This document shows, piece by piece, positions 18,438 to 27,396 of a stretch of 64,000 nucleotides of DNA. This DNA comes from Patescibacteria group bacterium. Its GTDB lineage: Bacteria > Patescibacteriota > Patescibacteriia > WFTA01 > S139-112. The stretch lies in the NCBI GenBank assembly GCA_015485695.1, contig WFTB01000006.1, positions 14,334 through 78,333 of the forward strand, written 5' to 3'. A program made the translations under genes and the position numbers. The number at the start of each line of letters is the position of its first letter. Position 1 is the stretch's first letter. The notes beneath the pieces are model-generated. The model did no database searches and had not been told where the DNA came from. It was given only the letters and a program-made list of their open reading frames with translations.

Positions 18438-18517
18438 TGCTCCGAGTGGGGCGTAGCGGAACTAGAGCGCAGCGTGGCCGTACGACGATAGGAGCGAAGG
18501 AGTGCCCTTCGTCCTTA

Positions 18518-19336
18518 TCATAGCAGGCCTTTACCAGAATTGATAACAATGATTTTATCTTCCTTTTTAATTTTCAAATCAGGCAACACCCCAAATACAA
18601 TAGCGCTGGAAGGCTCACACTTAACGTGCTTCTTGGCAAGTGAGTAGGTTTGTTTTATTGTTTCTTCTGACAATCTAACTACTTTGTGTTTGCGCCAAAA
18701 TATAGATTTCATTTTTGAGGTATAAGGTGTCCAATGAGTGTGAAGTTTGTCTGCAAATGATGGACAGCTCTTTGGCGCAACACCAATGAGAGTGGTATCT
18801 AGCTTGTACTTTTTGATTCCATTAAACAAGCCTACGAACGCCTCGCCACTACCCACTGGCGTGATTAAAAAATTTGGTCTGCTGTCCTTGATTTCTTTGA
18901 TGATGTTTTCATACACTTCATGCCAGCCATTCGTTACGTCCCAAATGACTTCCTCATCAGTTTCTCTCGCCAAAGAAATAATTTCTTCGGGTTTGAGTAT
19001 ATGAGATAACAAATCAACCCGAATGACTTTGTAGCAAACGGCGACAAGTTTTTTGTAAATTGTGGCAGGAAGTTTCTTATCAACAATACAGACGACTTTT
19101 AGATTGGAGCCGTTGGCAAATTTGGCGAGAGAAACACCAGCATTTCCAGAGGTGATGAGTGCCAATTTATCAATATGCTCATCCAACGCTTTCTTAACTA
19201 TTGCTTCCGAGCGTCTATCTTTGTATGTGCCAAACGGATTTTTAGATTCGTCTTTAATAAAAAGATTAGTCAGGCCAAATTTTTTACAAAAATATTCTTC
19301 TTTAATTAAAGGGGTGTTGCCTGATTTATATTTCAT
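18518..19336 (-). CDS. PLP-dependent enzyme, fold type II (threonine synthase / cysteine synthase-like)
   Basis: GNTPL, KDESKNPFGTYKDR (PLP lysine), TSGNAGVSLA, PVGSGE, CEPSSA, VINSGKG. Confidence 0.88.
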   Translation of the reverse strand: MKYKSGNTPLIKEEYFCKKFGLTNLFIKDESKNPFGTYKDRRSEAIVKKALDEHIDKLALITSGNAGVSLAKFANGSNLKVVCIVDKKLPATIYKKLVAVCYKVIRVDLLSHILKPEEIISLARETDEEVIWDVTNGWHEVYENIIKEIKDSRPNFLITPVGSGEAFVGLFNGIKKYKLDTTLIGVAPKSCPSFADKLHTHWTPYTSKMKSIFWRKHKVVRLSEETIKQTYSLAKKHVKCEPSSAIVFGVLPDLKIKKEDKIIVINSGKGLL

Positions 19337-19599
19337 AATGATAAAATCATTGTGTCATTGTATATAAACGTTACGACAATACCAGAAATAAGGACGAATG
19401 GGCGTTATATGTGGAATAAAATGTTAAAAGTAGCTGGAATTTGTATGATATGTGGAATATATGAAATTAACTGGTTTTCATATTGTTCTTTGCTTTAAAT
19501 GTGCGTGTTTTGTGTTATAGTCCTATTTTTTTGTGTATGACAACACTTTACCGAGGTTATGTTGTATAGTATACTGTAGACATGTAAAATGTAAAAGAT

Positions 19600-20007
19600 A
19601 TGGATTGTTTGTTTTGTAAAATAGTGGACGGTCAGATACCGAATTACACAATTTGCGAATCGAATAACTCGATTGCTTTTTTGGATATACAACCTTTGTC
19701 AAACGGACACACCGTTGTGATTCCCAAAACGCACGGGCAGACCATACTTGATTTGGAGTCATCGAAAGTTTGCGATTTGTTTGAATTGGTAAAAGAGACG
19801 ACGAAAAAAATCGAAGACACCCTTTCTCCGGACGGCTTTACCATAGGTATAAACATGCGCGAATCCGCGGGTCAAGCGATTCAACATTTGCATGTCCACA
19901 TAATCCCCAGGTGGGAAGGAGACGGTGGCGGTAACTTACATTCGATTATGAGCGATTCATCGAGTGACTCCGTTGAAGATGTTTACAAAATTTTCACCAC
20001 TGATTGA
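19600..20007 (+). CDS. HIT family protein
   Basis: DCLFCKI, AFLDIQP, GHTVVIPK, histidine triad HLHVHIIPR. Confidence 0.95.
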   Translation: MDCLFCKIVDGQIPNYTICESNNSIAFLDIQPLSNGHTVVIPKTHGQTILDLESSKVCDLFELVKETTKKIEDTLSPDGFTIGINMRESAGQAIQHLHVHIIPRWEGDGGGNLHSIMSDSSSDSVEDVYKIFTTD

Positions 20008-20078
20008 TATTGCCAATATTTTTATTCTTTTATTCAAATCAAAACATTGCGGTCCTATAACCGTTTGCGTTGTTGTTT

Positions 20079-20768
20079 ATGAGTGAAAAACAAATTGAAC
20101 ATGTCGGCATCATAATGGACGGGAACAGGAGGTGGGCGAGAAAACGCGGCCTTGAGATAACAAAGGGACATGAGCATTCAATCGATACAATAGAGGGTTT
20201 GCCGGAGTGGCTGAAGGAGTTTGGAATCAAATATTGCACGTTATATACATTTTCTACCGAGAATTGGAATAGGAGTCAAAAAGAAATAAATTATCTCATG
20301 AATCTTCTCGTGAGGGTGTTCAGAGACAATATAAACAAAGCCATAAATCAAGGCGCGAGAATATTGATTTCAGGTCGGTCTGACAAATTATCCAAAGAAG
20401 TTTTGGATTTGATGCGGGAAGTTCAGGAGCGCTCCTCGAGAAACGATGAAGTGATAATAAATTTTGCTTTAAATTACGGTGGCAGGGCGGAGATTGTTGA
20501 CGCGATTAAAAAGATGATAGCCGATAAAACGAATATTGACGATATTGATGAGATGGTCGTTTCGAACAATATGTATCATCCGGATATTCCCGACCCCGAC
20601 CTTATAATACGAACGGGTGGTGACGCGCGTTTATCCAATTTTTTGACGTGGCAATCGGTTTATTCCGAATTGTATTTTACCGATGTTTTATGGCCGGATT
20701 TTTCAAGAGAAGATTTTAAAAAAGCGATTGAATCGTTCAAAGAACGCGGACGCAGATTTGGTAAATGA
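20079..20768 (+). CDS. uppS: Undecaprenyl diphosphate synthase (isoprenyl transferase)
   Basis: HVGIIMDGNRRWA, YTFSTENWNR, ALNYGGRAEI, DPDLIIRTGG, RLSNFLTWQ, RRFG. Confidence 0.97.
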   Translation: MSEKQIEHVGIIMDGNRRWARKRGLEITKGHEHSIDTIEGLPEWLKEFGIKYCTLYTFSTENWNRSQKEINYLMNLLVRVFRDNINKAINQGARILISGRSDKLSKEVLDLMREVQERSSRNDEVIINFALNYGGRAEIVDAIKKMIADKTNIDDIDEMVVSNNMYHPDIPDPDLIIRTGGDARLSNFLTWQSVYSELYFTDVLWPDFSREDFKKAIESFKERGRRFGK

Positions 20769-21166
20769 TAAACAAACACAAGATGAAAAACAAACTGGAT
20801 GATAATCCGATAATTTATGCTGTTTTGGCGGTTCTTTGGGCGGGAGTCATATATATCGGTTCGTCGATTCCGGGCTCAAATCTTCCGTCGGCGCCCGATG
20901 TAACGTCTTCCGTTGTTCATGTTACGGAGTACGCGGTTTTGAGCATATTGATTATGCAAGCATTTTGGAAGTATTACGGAAAGTTTGTAATTTTGGATAC
21001 AGCAATATTGGTAGTTCTGTACGCAATCAGCGATGAAATGCATCAATATTTTGTTCCGGGACGATTCTCGGACCCCGTTGACTTGGCTTTTGATATTCTG
21101 GGTTTGATTCTTGGCGTGTTGATATTTGTGGTATTACACATAAAATATACAAAAAGTGGTGGGTAG
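20765..21166 (+). CDS. VanZ family membrane protein
   Basis: HVTEYAVL...YAISDEMHQYFVPGR...DLAFDILG; ATGA overlap with uppS. Confidence 0.9.
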   Translation: MINKHKMKNKLDDNPIIYAVLAVLWAGVIYIGSSIPGSNLPSAPDVTSSVVHVTEYAVLSILIMQAFWKYYGKFVILDTAILVVLYAISDEMHQYFVPGRFSDPVDLAFDILGLILGVLIFVVLHIKYTKSGG

Positions 21167-21231
21167 GAGGACTTGTTTTGCGATGAGGTTTTGGTATAAT
21201 CAACCCAGTTACACTTGAATAATCAAAACAC

Positions 21232-21555
21232 ATGACTCCAGAAAAATGGCGGGAAATAATTGATACCGTAAATAATAAATTTCCGGACGCGACGCGTTCT
21301 ACGGAAGAGTTGGATGGGGTTTCCGGCGGTTCAAAAGAGGTTATTGAGTTTTCCGGTCCAATCGGCAATATAAGGCTTGAGTTTGTGTCGAAACCCAGGT
21401 TTTTGGGCGAGGACGCGGTTTACAGCAATCGAATAGGTTCTGATGTTAAAATTGTCGCCAAATACGACGAAAATGATTTGGTACATTATATGAAAGCATA
21501 CAAAGAGTCGGATGACGGTTCATGGGAAGAAATAAACGCGGACTCTTTTGTGTAG
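21232..21555 (+). CDS. Conserved hypothetical protein
   Basis: 107-aa ORF with globular composition, preceded by TGGTATAAT extended -10. Confidence 0.75.
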   Translation: MTPEKWREIIDTVNNKFPDATRSTEELDGVSGGSKEVIEFSGPIGNIRLEFVSKPRFLGEDAVYSNRIGSDVKIVAKYDENDLVHYMKAYKESDDGSWEEINADSFV

Positions 21556-21631
21556 TCAGGTCTCGTTTTCGGAATATCGGTTTCCTTGGGCGTGTTTTCG
21601 GATTTTGACTTTATGATTGTAAATTTGTTTT

Positions 21632-22255
21632 ATGACGAGTTTTGAAGAATTTATGAATAAACACAAAGGCAGCGATGCGCGTCATCGTTCATTTCGTTTG
21701 ACGCATGATGAAACTCCGGGGATGGATGACCCTCATCACATGATTCTAATCGCCGGAAGTTTGTTGGCTATTATGATTAGCGCGCAGATGCTGTATTCGT
21801 TCACATATGATATCGGTCGGAAAAGTGGCAATGCGCCGGTTGCGGTGGTGTTGGGAGAATCTACAAGTATAAGCGCTGAAGAAAATGCGTCAATATTTGA
21901 GAATAAAGAAATCGGCTCCGACGAGTACATGGACAATGTCAGATTGTTATTGAGAGATTATTTCACAAATCGCGCAACGTATTTGAAGGAATTGTCTTCG
22001 TTGGAAAGTGTGAATCTGGAAGTAATGGAAAAATGGAAAAACGAAACCGATTATACAATCGAATCATTGCTCGAAATGAAAGTTCCCGGAGTTTTCAAAG
22101 ATTTGCATTTGCGTCTGGTGACGACGCTTTATTCGGAAAAAGAAATGATATTCGATTTTGGAAATTACGGTTATGGTTCGGATTCTGACGAGGTAAGCCG
22201 TTTGACTTCAATGTTTGAAGGGATTTTTAAAGATTATCCTTGGTTGAACGATTAA
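21632..22255 (+). CDS. Hypothetical single-pass membrane protein
   Basis: One TM helix (MILIAGSLLAIMISAQML), then VLGEST motif and a helical domain. Confidence 0.7.
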   Translation: MTSFEEFMNKHKGSDARHRSFRLTHDETPGMDDPHHMILIAGSLLAIMISAQMLYSFTYDIGRKSGNAPVAVVLGESTSISAEENASIFENKEIGSDEYMDNVRLLLRDYFTNRATYLKELSSLESVNLEVMEKWKNETDYTIESLLEMKVPGVFKDLHLRLVTTLYSEKEMIFDFGNYGYGSDSDEVSRLTSMFEGIFKDYPWLND

Positions 22256-22278
22256 AGTTACGATTTAAGTTTCGCGAT

Positions 22279-23208
22279 ATGGGCGATATCGCTTATTGCG
22301 GGGTGAAAAAAAATTGGATTATATTTTTTGCGGGCTTACTCACTTACGGCGCTCACGCTTTGATAGTGGTGTTTCCGAATTATTGGCTCGTCTGGTCCGG
22401 AGGTTTGATTGTTGTTTTGGCGTTTTTGGTTTCAATGCGCGTTAAAGGGCATTATAAGTCGTCGGGGCCCGTACTTGGGATTCTTTCGATTGTTGTGCCC
22501 GCAATCGGCGTAATGTTCTTGATTCCAAATGTGTTTCTTCAGCACCTGTACGGTGTTGGCGTGGCTTTGATTGTAATCTATTATTTTATATTTATCGGAT
22601 TCGGCAAGAAGGGATATGGTCACACTCTTGCGTCCGGCACCGTATTCGTCTTGGCGAATATATTTTTTTCAAGCTCATTGTCTCTGGGTCTGTTTGTGTT
22701 TTTTGACGTTTCATTCGCGTTTGCGTTCGCTTTGTTTGTTGCGTTATTGATTATGTACCCAAGGCGGTTTGAAGTTTATTCGAAAGTCGAGTGTTGCGGA
22801 CTGGAAGCGGTCGGTTTATCTACCAGTCGCGATATGCGCAAGACCGGCGAATACGACAATCGATTATTAGCGACAAGTTCATGGATGAGAGGTTCGTTTC
22901 TATTGGGGAGTGTTCAGCACATGGGAGAAGATGGAAAATTGAGGGTAAGGATAGTTGAATACACAAAACGCGAAAAACTCGCGTCCTGGATTCTATTGGG
23001 TCTTTTTGTGGAATTATTTGTTATGTTGAGCATGTTTCCCGTTAATGTGTTCACTGTGGCGAGCGCGCTTTCCATTATAGCGTTTTGCGCCATATCCCTC
23101 GCACAACTTGGGCAGTTAAATCTTTTTAGGACAAGTTTTGTCGTGCGTTATTCCGGAATATGTGCTATATTTGTATTGTTGATATTTTTTTCGGCCAAGT
23201 GGAGTTAA
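22279..23208 (+). CDS. Hypothetical polytopic membrane protein
   Basis: About 8-9 hydrophobic segments with one soluble insertion. Confidence 0.7.
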   Translation: MGDIAYCGVKKNWIIFFAGLLTYGAHALIVVFPNYWLVWSGGLIVVLAFLVSMRVKGHYKSSGPVLGILSIVVPAIGVMFLIPNVFLQHLYGVGVALIVIYYFIFIGFGKKGYGHTLASGTVFVLANIFFSSSLSLGLFVFFDVSFAFAFALFVALLIMYPRRFEVYSKVECCGLEAVGLSTSRDMRKTGEYDNRLLATSSWMRGSFLLGSVQHMGEDGKLRVRIVEYTKREKLASWILLGLFVELFVMLSMFPVNVFTVASALSIIAFCAISLAQLGQLNLFRTSFVVRYSGICAIFVLLIFFSAKWS

Positions 23209-23394
23209 TGCCCGCGCTGAACCCCCGTATTCAGTTGTGATTTCATGATTTTATCTGAAAAATTGTTCGTATATTAAATGAATAAAATAATTATTTACCC
23301 TTGCTTTTCACGATTTTCACTTTCAGAAACCGTATAAAAAGCCTCTAAATTGCGAGATTTGATTATTCGAGAGAGATTAGATTATTTTTTAGTT

Positions 23395-24675
23395 ATGCCA
23401 AAAAAAACAAAACCATCAAAGACAAATTCAAATGAAAAACAAAACGATCAAGATGAAATCATAGAAGATTTGTTCGCAAAGCCGGATACGCGATTATACC
23501 GACGCGCTTCAATTGCGAGAGCGGTCGTAACGTCCGTGGCGATATCCGCGATTGTCGGCGCCGTTGCCGGAGTTATAGGAGTTTTATTGATGCTTAGCGG
23601 GACGTTGGAGAGAACTCCGTTTTTTAACAGTTTTTCCTTGGAGTCAGTTTTGCCCGAGAGGCAAGTAATAATAAGACCTCAACAAGCTGTCACGGTGACA
23701 GATGACAGGCAGTTAAAAGACGTTGCTATGAGGATCAGAGGTTCGGTTGTGGTATTGGTTGACTCTACAAACGTCCGGGATGAAAAGAGCGCGGATTCGG
23801 ATTTACCGGATACGAACAGCGTTTATACGGATGAGGACGTGTTGGGATTCGGAGCGGTACTTTCGAGTGACGGTTGGATTATCACTCTCGATGAAGTTTT
23901 GGGTGACCGTGATTTGGAAGATGTTTTGGTCATGAACAATGCGGGAAGAACTTATGAATTATCCGGTCGGATAGTCGATAAAACAACCGGAGTCGTATTT
24001 ATCAAGATAGAAACGGACGGGCTTCGAGCTCTTTCTTTTGCAGATGACGGATACCCTTACTCCGGAGAGAGATTTGTCTCTCTGACGATGAAGTTGCCCC
24101 AAATGCAGAGTATGGTGGATCGTGTTGAGGTTGTGTCGTCCGGCGATGCCGAAATAATGCAATCTTCGGAATCTCTTGATAAAGAAATCATCATATCCGA
24201 CGTCGATCAACGAATAATCGCTCCGGTTTTTAATTATGCCGGAGAGGTTGTCGGTTTTCAGCACGGGATTTACGCAGATGGCGTGTCGCAAAAATCCTAT
24301 TTGAGGCCAGTGTATCATTTTAAGTCGCAAATCGACCAGGTTCTGAGTATTCAAGACATAATAAGGCCGATTTTGGGAGTTACATGGATAAACTTGTACG
24401 GCAATCCCGGATTATCGGATGATATTCGAGACGGTCTTTACAAGGGCGCGTATGTGGTATCCGTCGAGAAGGACAGCTCTGCAGAAGAGGCGGGAATTCG
24501 TTCAGGGGACATATTGCAAAGCGTGAATGATATCGAAATAAACGGCACGTTTAATTTGTCCGAGATTATTCAAAGGTTTGGCCCTTCCGATAGGATTATA
24601 ATTTCGGGATTGAGAAATGGTGAGCGAATTGAGTTTGAAATAGTTTTGGATACTGTGCAGACAACCGACAGGTAA
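23395..24675 (+). CDS. HtrA/DegP-like trypsin-fold + PDZ protein, catalytic triad apparently lost
   Basis: TM anchor; GFGAVLSSDGWIIT, PVFNYAGEVVG, RPILGV and PDZ GAYVVSV..DSSAEEAGIRSGDIL; no TNxHV, DxA or GNSGG motif. Confidence 0.8.
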   Translation: MPKKTKPSKTNSNEKQNDQDEIIEDLFAKPDTRLYRRASIARAVVTSVAISAIVGAVAGVIGVLLMLSGTLERTPFFNSFSLESVLPERQVIIRPQQAVTVTDDRQLKDVAMRIRGSVVVLVDSTNVRDEKSADSDLPDTNSVYTDEDVLGFGAVLSSDGWIITLDEVLGDRDLEDVLVMNNAGRTYELSGRIVDKTTGVVFIKIETDGLRALSFADDGYPYSGERFVSLTMKLPQMQSMVDRVEVVSSGDAEIMQSSESLDKEIIISDVDQRIIAPVFNYAGEVVGFQHGIYADGVSQKSYLRPVYHFKSQIDQVLSIQDIIRPILGVTWINLYGNPGLSDDIRDGLYKGAYVVSVEKDSSAEEAGIRSGDILQSVNDIEINGTFNLSEIIQRFGPSDRIIISGLRNGERIEFEIVLDTVQTTDR

Positions 24676-24944
24676 GGTGTGTTCGATATATATACGATTA
24701 GCCCTGTTCGGTTTTTGCGTTTGTTACGGTTTGAAAGTTTGTCGTTTTTTGGATTGGGCTGAAGAAGGCTCGTATAAAACGACAGGTGCTTTGATTGGTA
24801 AAGTTCGAAAACCTTTACTACATTGCGCCGGTATGGTATTTTGAGTTTGAGCGTTTCTTATGAGACGTCGGATAAAATAACCTCGCAGGAATATTCTGTG
24901 AGGTTTTGTTGGATTATTGAGATGTTGTAGTTTAAATTTAGGTT

Positions 24945-26000
24945 ATGCGGTACGGTTTTATAGTAAATAGTGCTCTGATGGTCGCAATAGTGATTTTGTC
25001 CGTGTTTTTGTCTTGGATTGTAGCAAGGGAAGAAACTCCGATTTTTACGTCTTCGGTAACTTTTCAGGTAGTGTTGCAATCCGGAGAGTATGATTCCGCC
25101 GAGGGTGTCATGGCGGGCGCGTCGTATGTGGCAAAAGATTTGTCCAGAGCCGTGTATACGGACGATTTTCTTAGAATGATTTCGAAAGAAAAATTCAACA
25201 TACGAGACGAACGCCTTTTTGATTCGTCGATTAAGAATAGAACATGGAAATCAATAGTCAGTTCAACGAGCGAAGGGTCTTTTGTTCGTGTTGATATTTC
25301 ACATCCTAACAAGCAAGACGCAAGAGCGTTAATATCCGCTGTTGTTCAGGTCATGACAAAATATCATCCAAAATGGTATTCCAGGGGGGTTACGGGAATT
25401 GTGCGCGTCGTCGAAGGCCCCACTGTATTGTCCAAACCTTACAGAAAAAGAGAATTCGCGACTCTGGTAGGAGGTTTGTCTATCGGTATTTTGGTCGGCG
25501 GTTCTTTTCTTGTCAAATTAATGATGGACAGGAGGGCGAGATTTAATTCCGAAAATTACGATGCCGTTAAAGAAAAAACTTTAACGATAATCGCGGAACG
25601 TGTTTATATACAAAAAAACACTCAAAAACCATCGAATGACAATGATTACAACATGAGACGCGATGTTTCTCCAAAAGAAAATAAGAGCATTGAATCGAAT
25701 GATTTGAACGCGCGCGCAAATCGTGAATTTCCGCTTAAAGACAATCGGCCTTTAAGCGAATTTGTCGAAAGCGGGAGAGTATTCAAGCCCGAACCCATGC
25801 CGGTTCTTCAAACGGGAATATTGCCAATGAGCGACCCTAACAAGGAGCCGAGTTCGAACATTAATCAATCTGGTAAAATCAGGACATATCGCGACGAATC
25901 GAATGCGAATCCCGGCGCCGTTGTTCCGGAGATTGTGGGTTCTGAAAAAGAAGAATCAAATAGCGGAAAGTTTTATTACATGGGTCAAATTGTGGATTAG
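24945..26000 (+). CDS. Wzz/YveK-like polysaccharide chain-length determinant with disordered C-terminal tail
   Basis: Two TM helices flanking a periplasmic domain (FVRVDISHPNKQDARALISAV), Pro then Gly-rich second TM (LVGGLSIGILVGG). Confidence 0.6.
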   Translation: MRYGFIVNSALMVAIVILSVFLSWIVAREETPIFTSSVTFQVVLQSGEYDSAEGVMAGASYVAKDLSRAVYTDDFLRMISKEKFNIRDERLFDSSIKNRTWKSIVSSTSEGSFVRVDISHPNKQDARALISAVVQVMTKYHPKWYSRGVTGIVRVVEGPTVLSKPYRKREFATLVGGLSIGILVGGSFLVKLMMDRRARFNSENYDAVKEKTLTIIAERVYIQKNTQKPSNDNDYNMRRDVSPKENKSIESNDLNARANREFPLKDNRPLSEFVESGRVFKPEPMPVLQTGILPMSDPNKEPSSNINQSGKIRTYRDESNANPGAVVPEIVGSEKEESNSGKFYYMGQIVD

Positions 26001-26056
26001 ATTTCGATTTTGCGAATCTGTTTGTTTTTTGATTGCGTTTATTGTAAACTGTAGGT

Positions 26057-26215
26057 GGTTTGGTGCTTTTATGGCGACATAGGTTTACCCCTTATTAAGG
26101 GTCGTTTTTGACTCAAGTTGATTATTAAAATTCAGCAAAATAGAGGTAGTTCCCGTGTCGCCTTATGGGCACCAAAATACCCGGCACGATTCAAGTTGCC
26201 GGGTATTTTGTTTTG
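26057..26215 (+). ncRNA. Candidate stand-alone structured small RNA (family unassigned)
   Basis: TTGTTT-17-TAAACT promoter-like site (26022-26050); ~25-bp closing stem 26059-26083 / 26152-26176 with G-U pairs favouring the + strand; inner stems; ends in a terminator. Confidence 0.5.
26173..26215. terminator. Bidirectional rho-independent terminator
   Basis: Perfect 14-bp inverted repeat CAAAATACCCGGCA / TGCCGGGTATTTTG between convergent transcripts. Confidence 0.85.
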
Positions 26216-26228
26216 CTAGCGATTTGAT

Positions 26229-27377
26229 TCATCTTATATTGATTGTGATTTGATTTGTAAGTCTCGGGACGCGGGTCACCCAAAACGGAGAAAAGTCAAC
26301 GGACACCTTGTCGATTCCGGGTATCGATTCAAGATAGTCTTTGAGCTCTTTTGAATTGAGTCCGACTATGTCGTCTTTGGATATTATTTGAGCCGTTGGG
26401 GTGATTAGAGTTTTTCCGACGATTTTTGCGGAAAGGGTCGCGGTTTGCGTTACCGAGTCTATGGATTGAAGCGATATTTCAAGGGCTCCGGGTTCCAATT
26501 CTATAAGCTCCTCGCCGTCCGGCAATAATGCCATAAGGCGTGATTTTGCTATTTGCATCAAATCGTTTCTGTCGTATGACACGCCCGTGACGAGAGCCGT
26601 TATTTCTATGTCGAAACTATCCACCAAATCTCCGACCGTTTCGCTTATTTTTTTATCCAGTATTTCTACGGTTGTCAGAGACTCCGGTAGAGACACTTTG
26701 TCCGGGATACCGGTTTGTTGAAGCATATCGCTGATACGTGAAACCTCGGCCTCGTATCGTATGTTGTCCGTTACCGTTTTTATTCCTCTTTCTACGTCCT
26801 TTTCCGTCAATTTTCCGCGCTTTATCACACCACCACTCAAGATTCCGGTTAATTCACCGTATATTTTCTTTTGAAGCGCCGGGTTCAATCCTGGTATGGA
26901 TAATATTTCCGGACCGGTTCTATCACCGGATGCTCCAGGTTTGTCCGCGGTGATTTGAGCTATTACCGAGCTGTTTGCCGGTATTGTGACTTGTCGGTCA
27001 AGTCTGTACAGGGTTTTGTCGTTGGTCAAAAATCTCGTGGTTGCCACAAGCACCTGAGGCTTTGAATTATTGTTTATTATTGTTATTTGCCCGGAGGCTT
27101 GACCTTCTATTTCTTCGTATTCTTCGCTTACCGAAAATGTTTTACTCAACGTTACGGTTTCGGACCAGATATCGCCGTTTAATATTTGGAACGTTGAATC
27201 TCCGTTAGTATTGCCGACCACGATGTCTACCGAATTCATTATCGGCTTCGGAGACGGCGTGATAGTTATTGTCGCGGTTCCTATCAGCGCGTATCCGGCT
27301 ATCAGAGCTATAATTATCGCGCATACGACAAACACGGTGGATATTCTTGATAATAATGGTGATGGAGCGTTACTCAT
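26229..27377 (-). CDS. Membrane-anchored baseplate J/gp47-like domain protein
   Basis: N-terminal TM, ATITITP, ASGQITIINN...LVATTRF...VTIPA...ITADKPGASGD...IPGL, C-terminal PFWVTRVP; no neighbouring phage genes. Confidence 0.65.
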   Translation of the reverse strand: MSNAPSPLLSRISTVFVVCAIIIALIAGYALIGTATITITPSPKPIMNSVDIVVGNTNGDSTFQILNGDIWSETVTLSKTFSVSEEYEEIEGQASGQITIINNNSKPQVLVATTRFLTNDKTLYRLDRQVTIPANSSVIAQITADKPGASGDRTGPEILSIPGLNPALQKKIYGELTGILSGGVIKRGKLTEKDVERGIKTVTDNIRYEAEVSRISDMLQQTGIPDKVSLPESLTTVEILDKKISETVGDLVDSFDIEITALVTGVSYDRNDLMQIAKSRLMALLPDGEELIELEPGALEISLQSIDSVTQTATLSAKIVGKTLITPTAQIISKDDIVGLNSKELKDYLESIPGIDKVSVDFSPFWVTRVPRLTNQITINIR

Positions 27378-27396
27378 ATTTTCAGTATATCATAAA

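Noticed and set aside
18395-18517. Group II intron domain V/VI remnant
   Set aside because: GAGCCG is present but no domain V hairpin with the catalytic bulge can be formed, and there is no RT ORF; the attC-like layout fits better.
26229-27377. Prophage or contractile injection system
   Set aside because: No other phage structural, terminase, sheath or integrase genes anywhere in the window.
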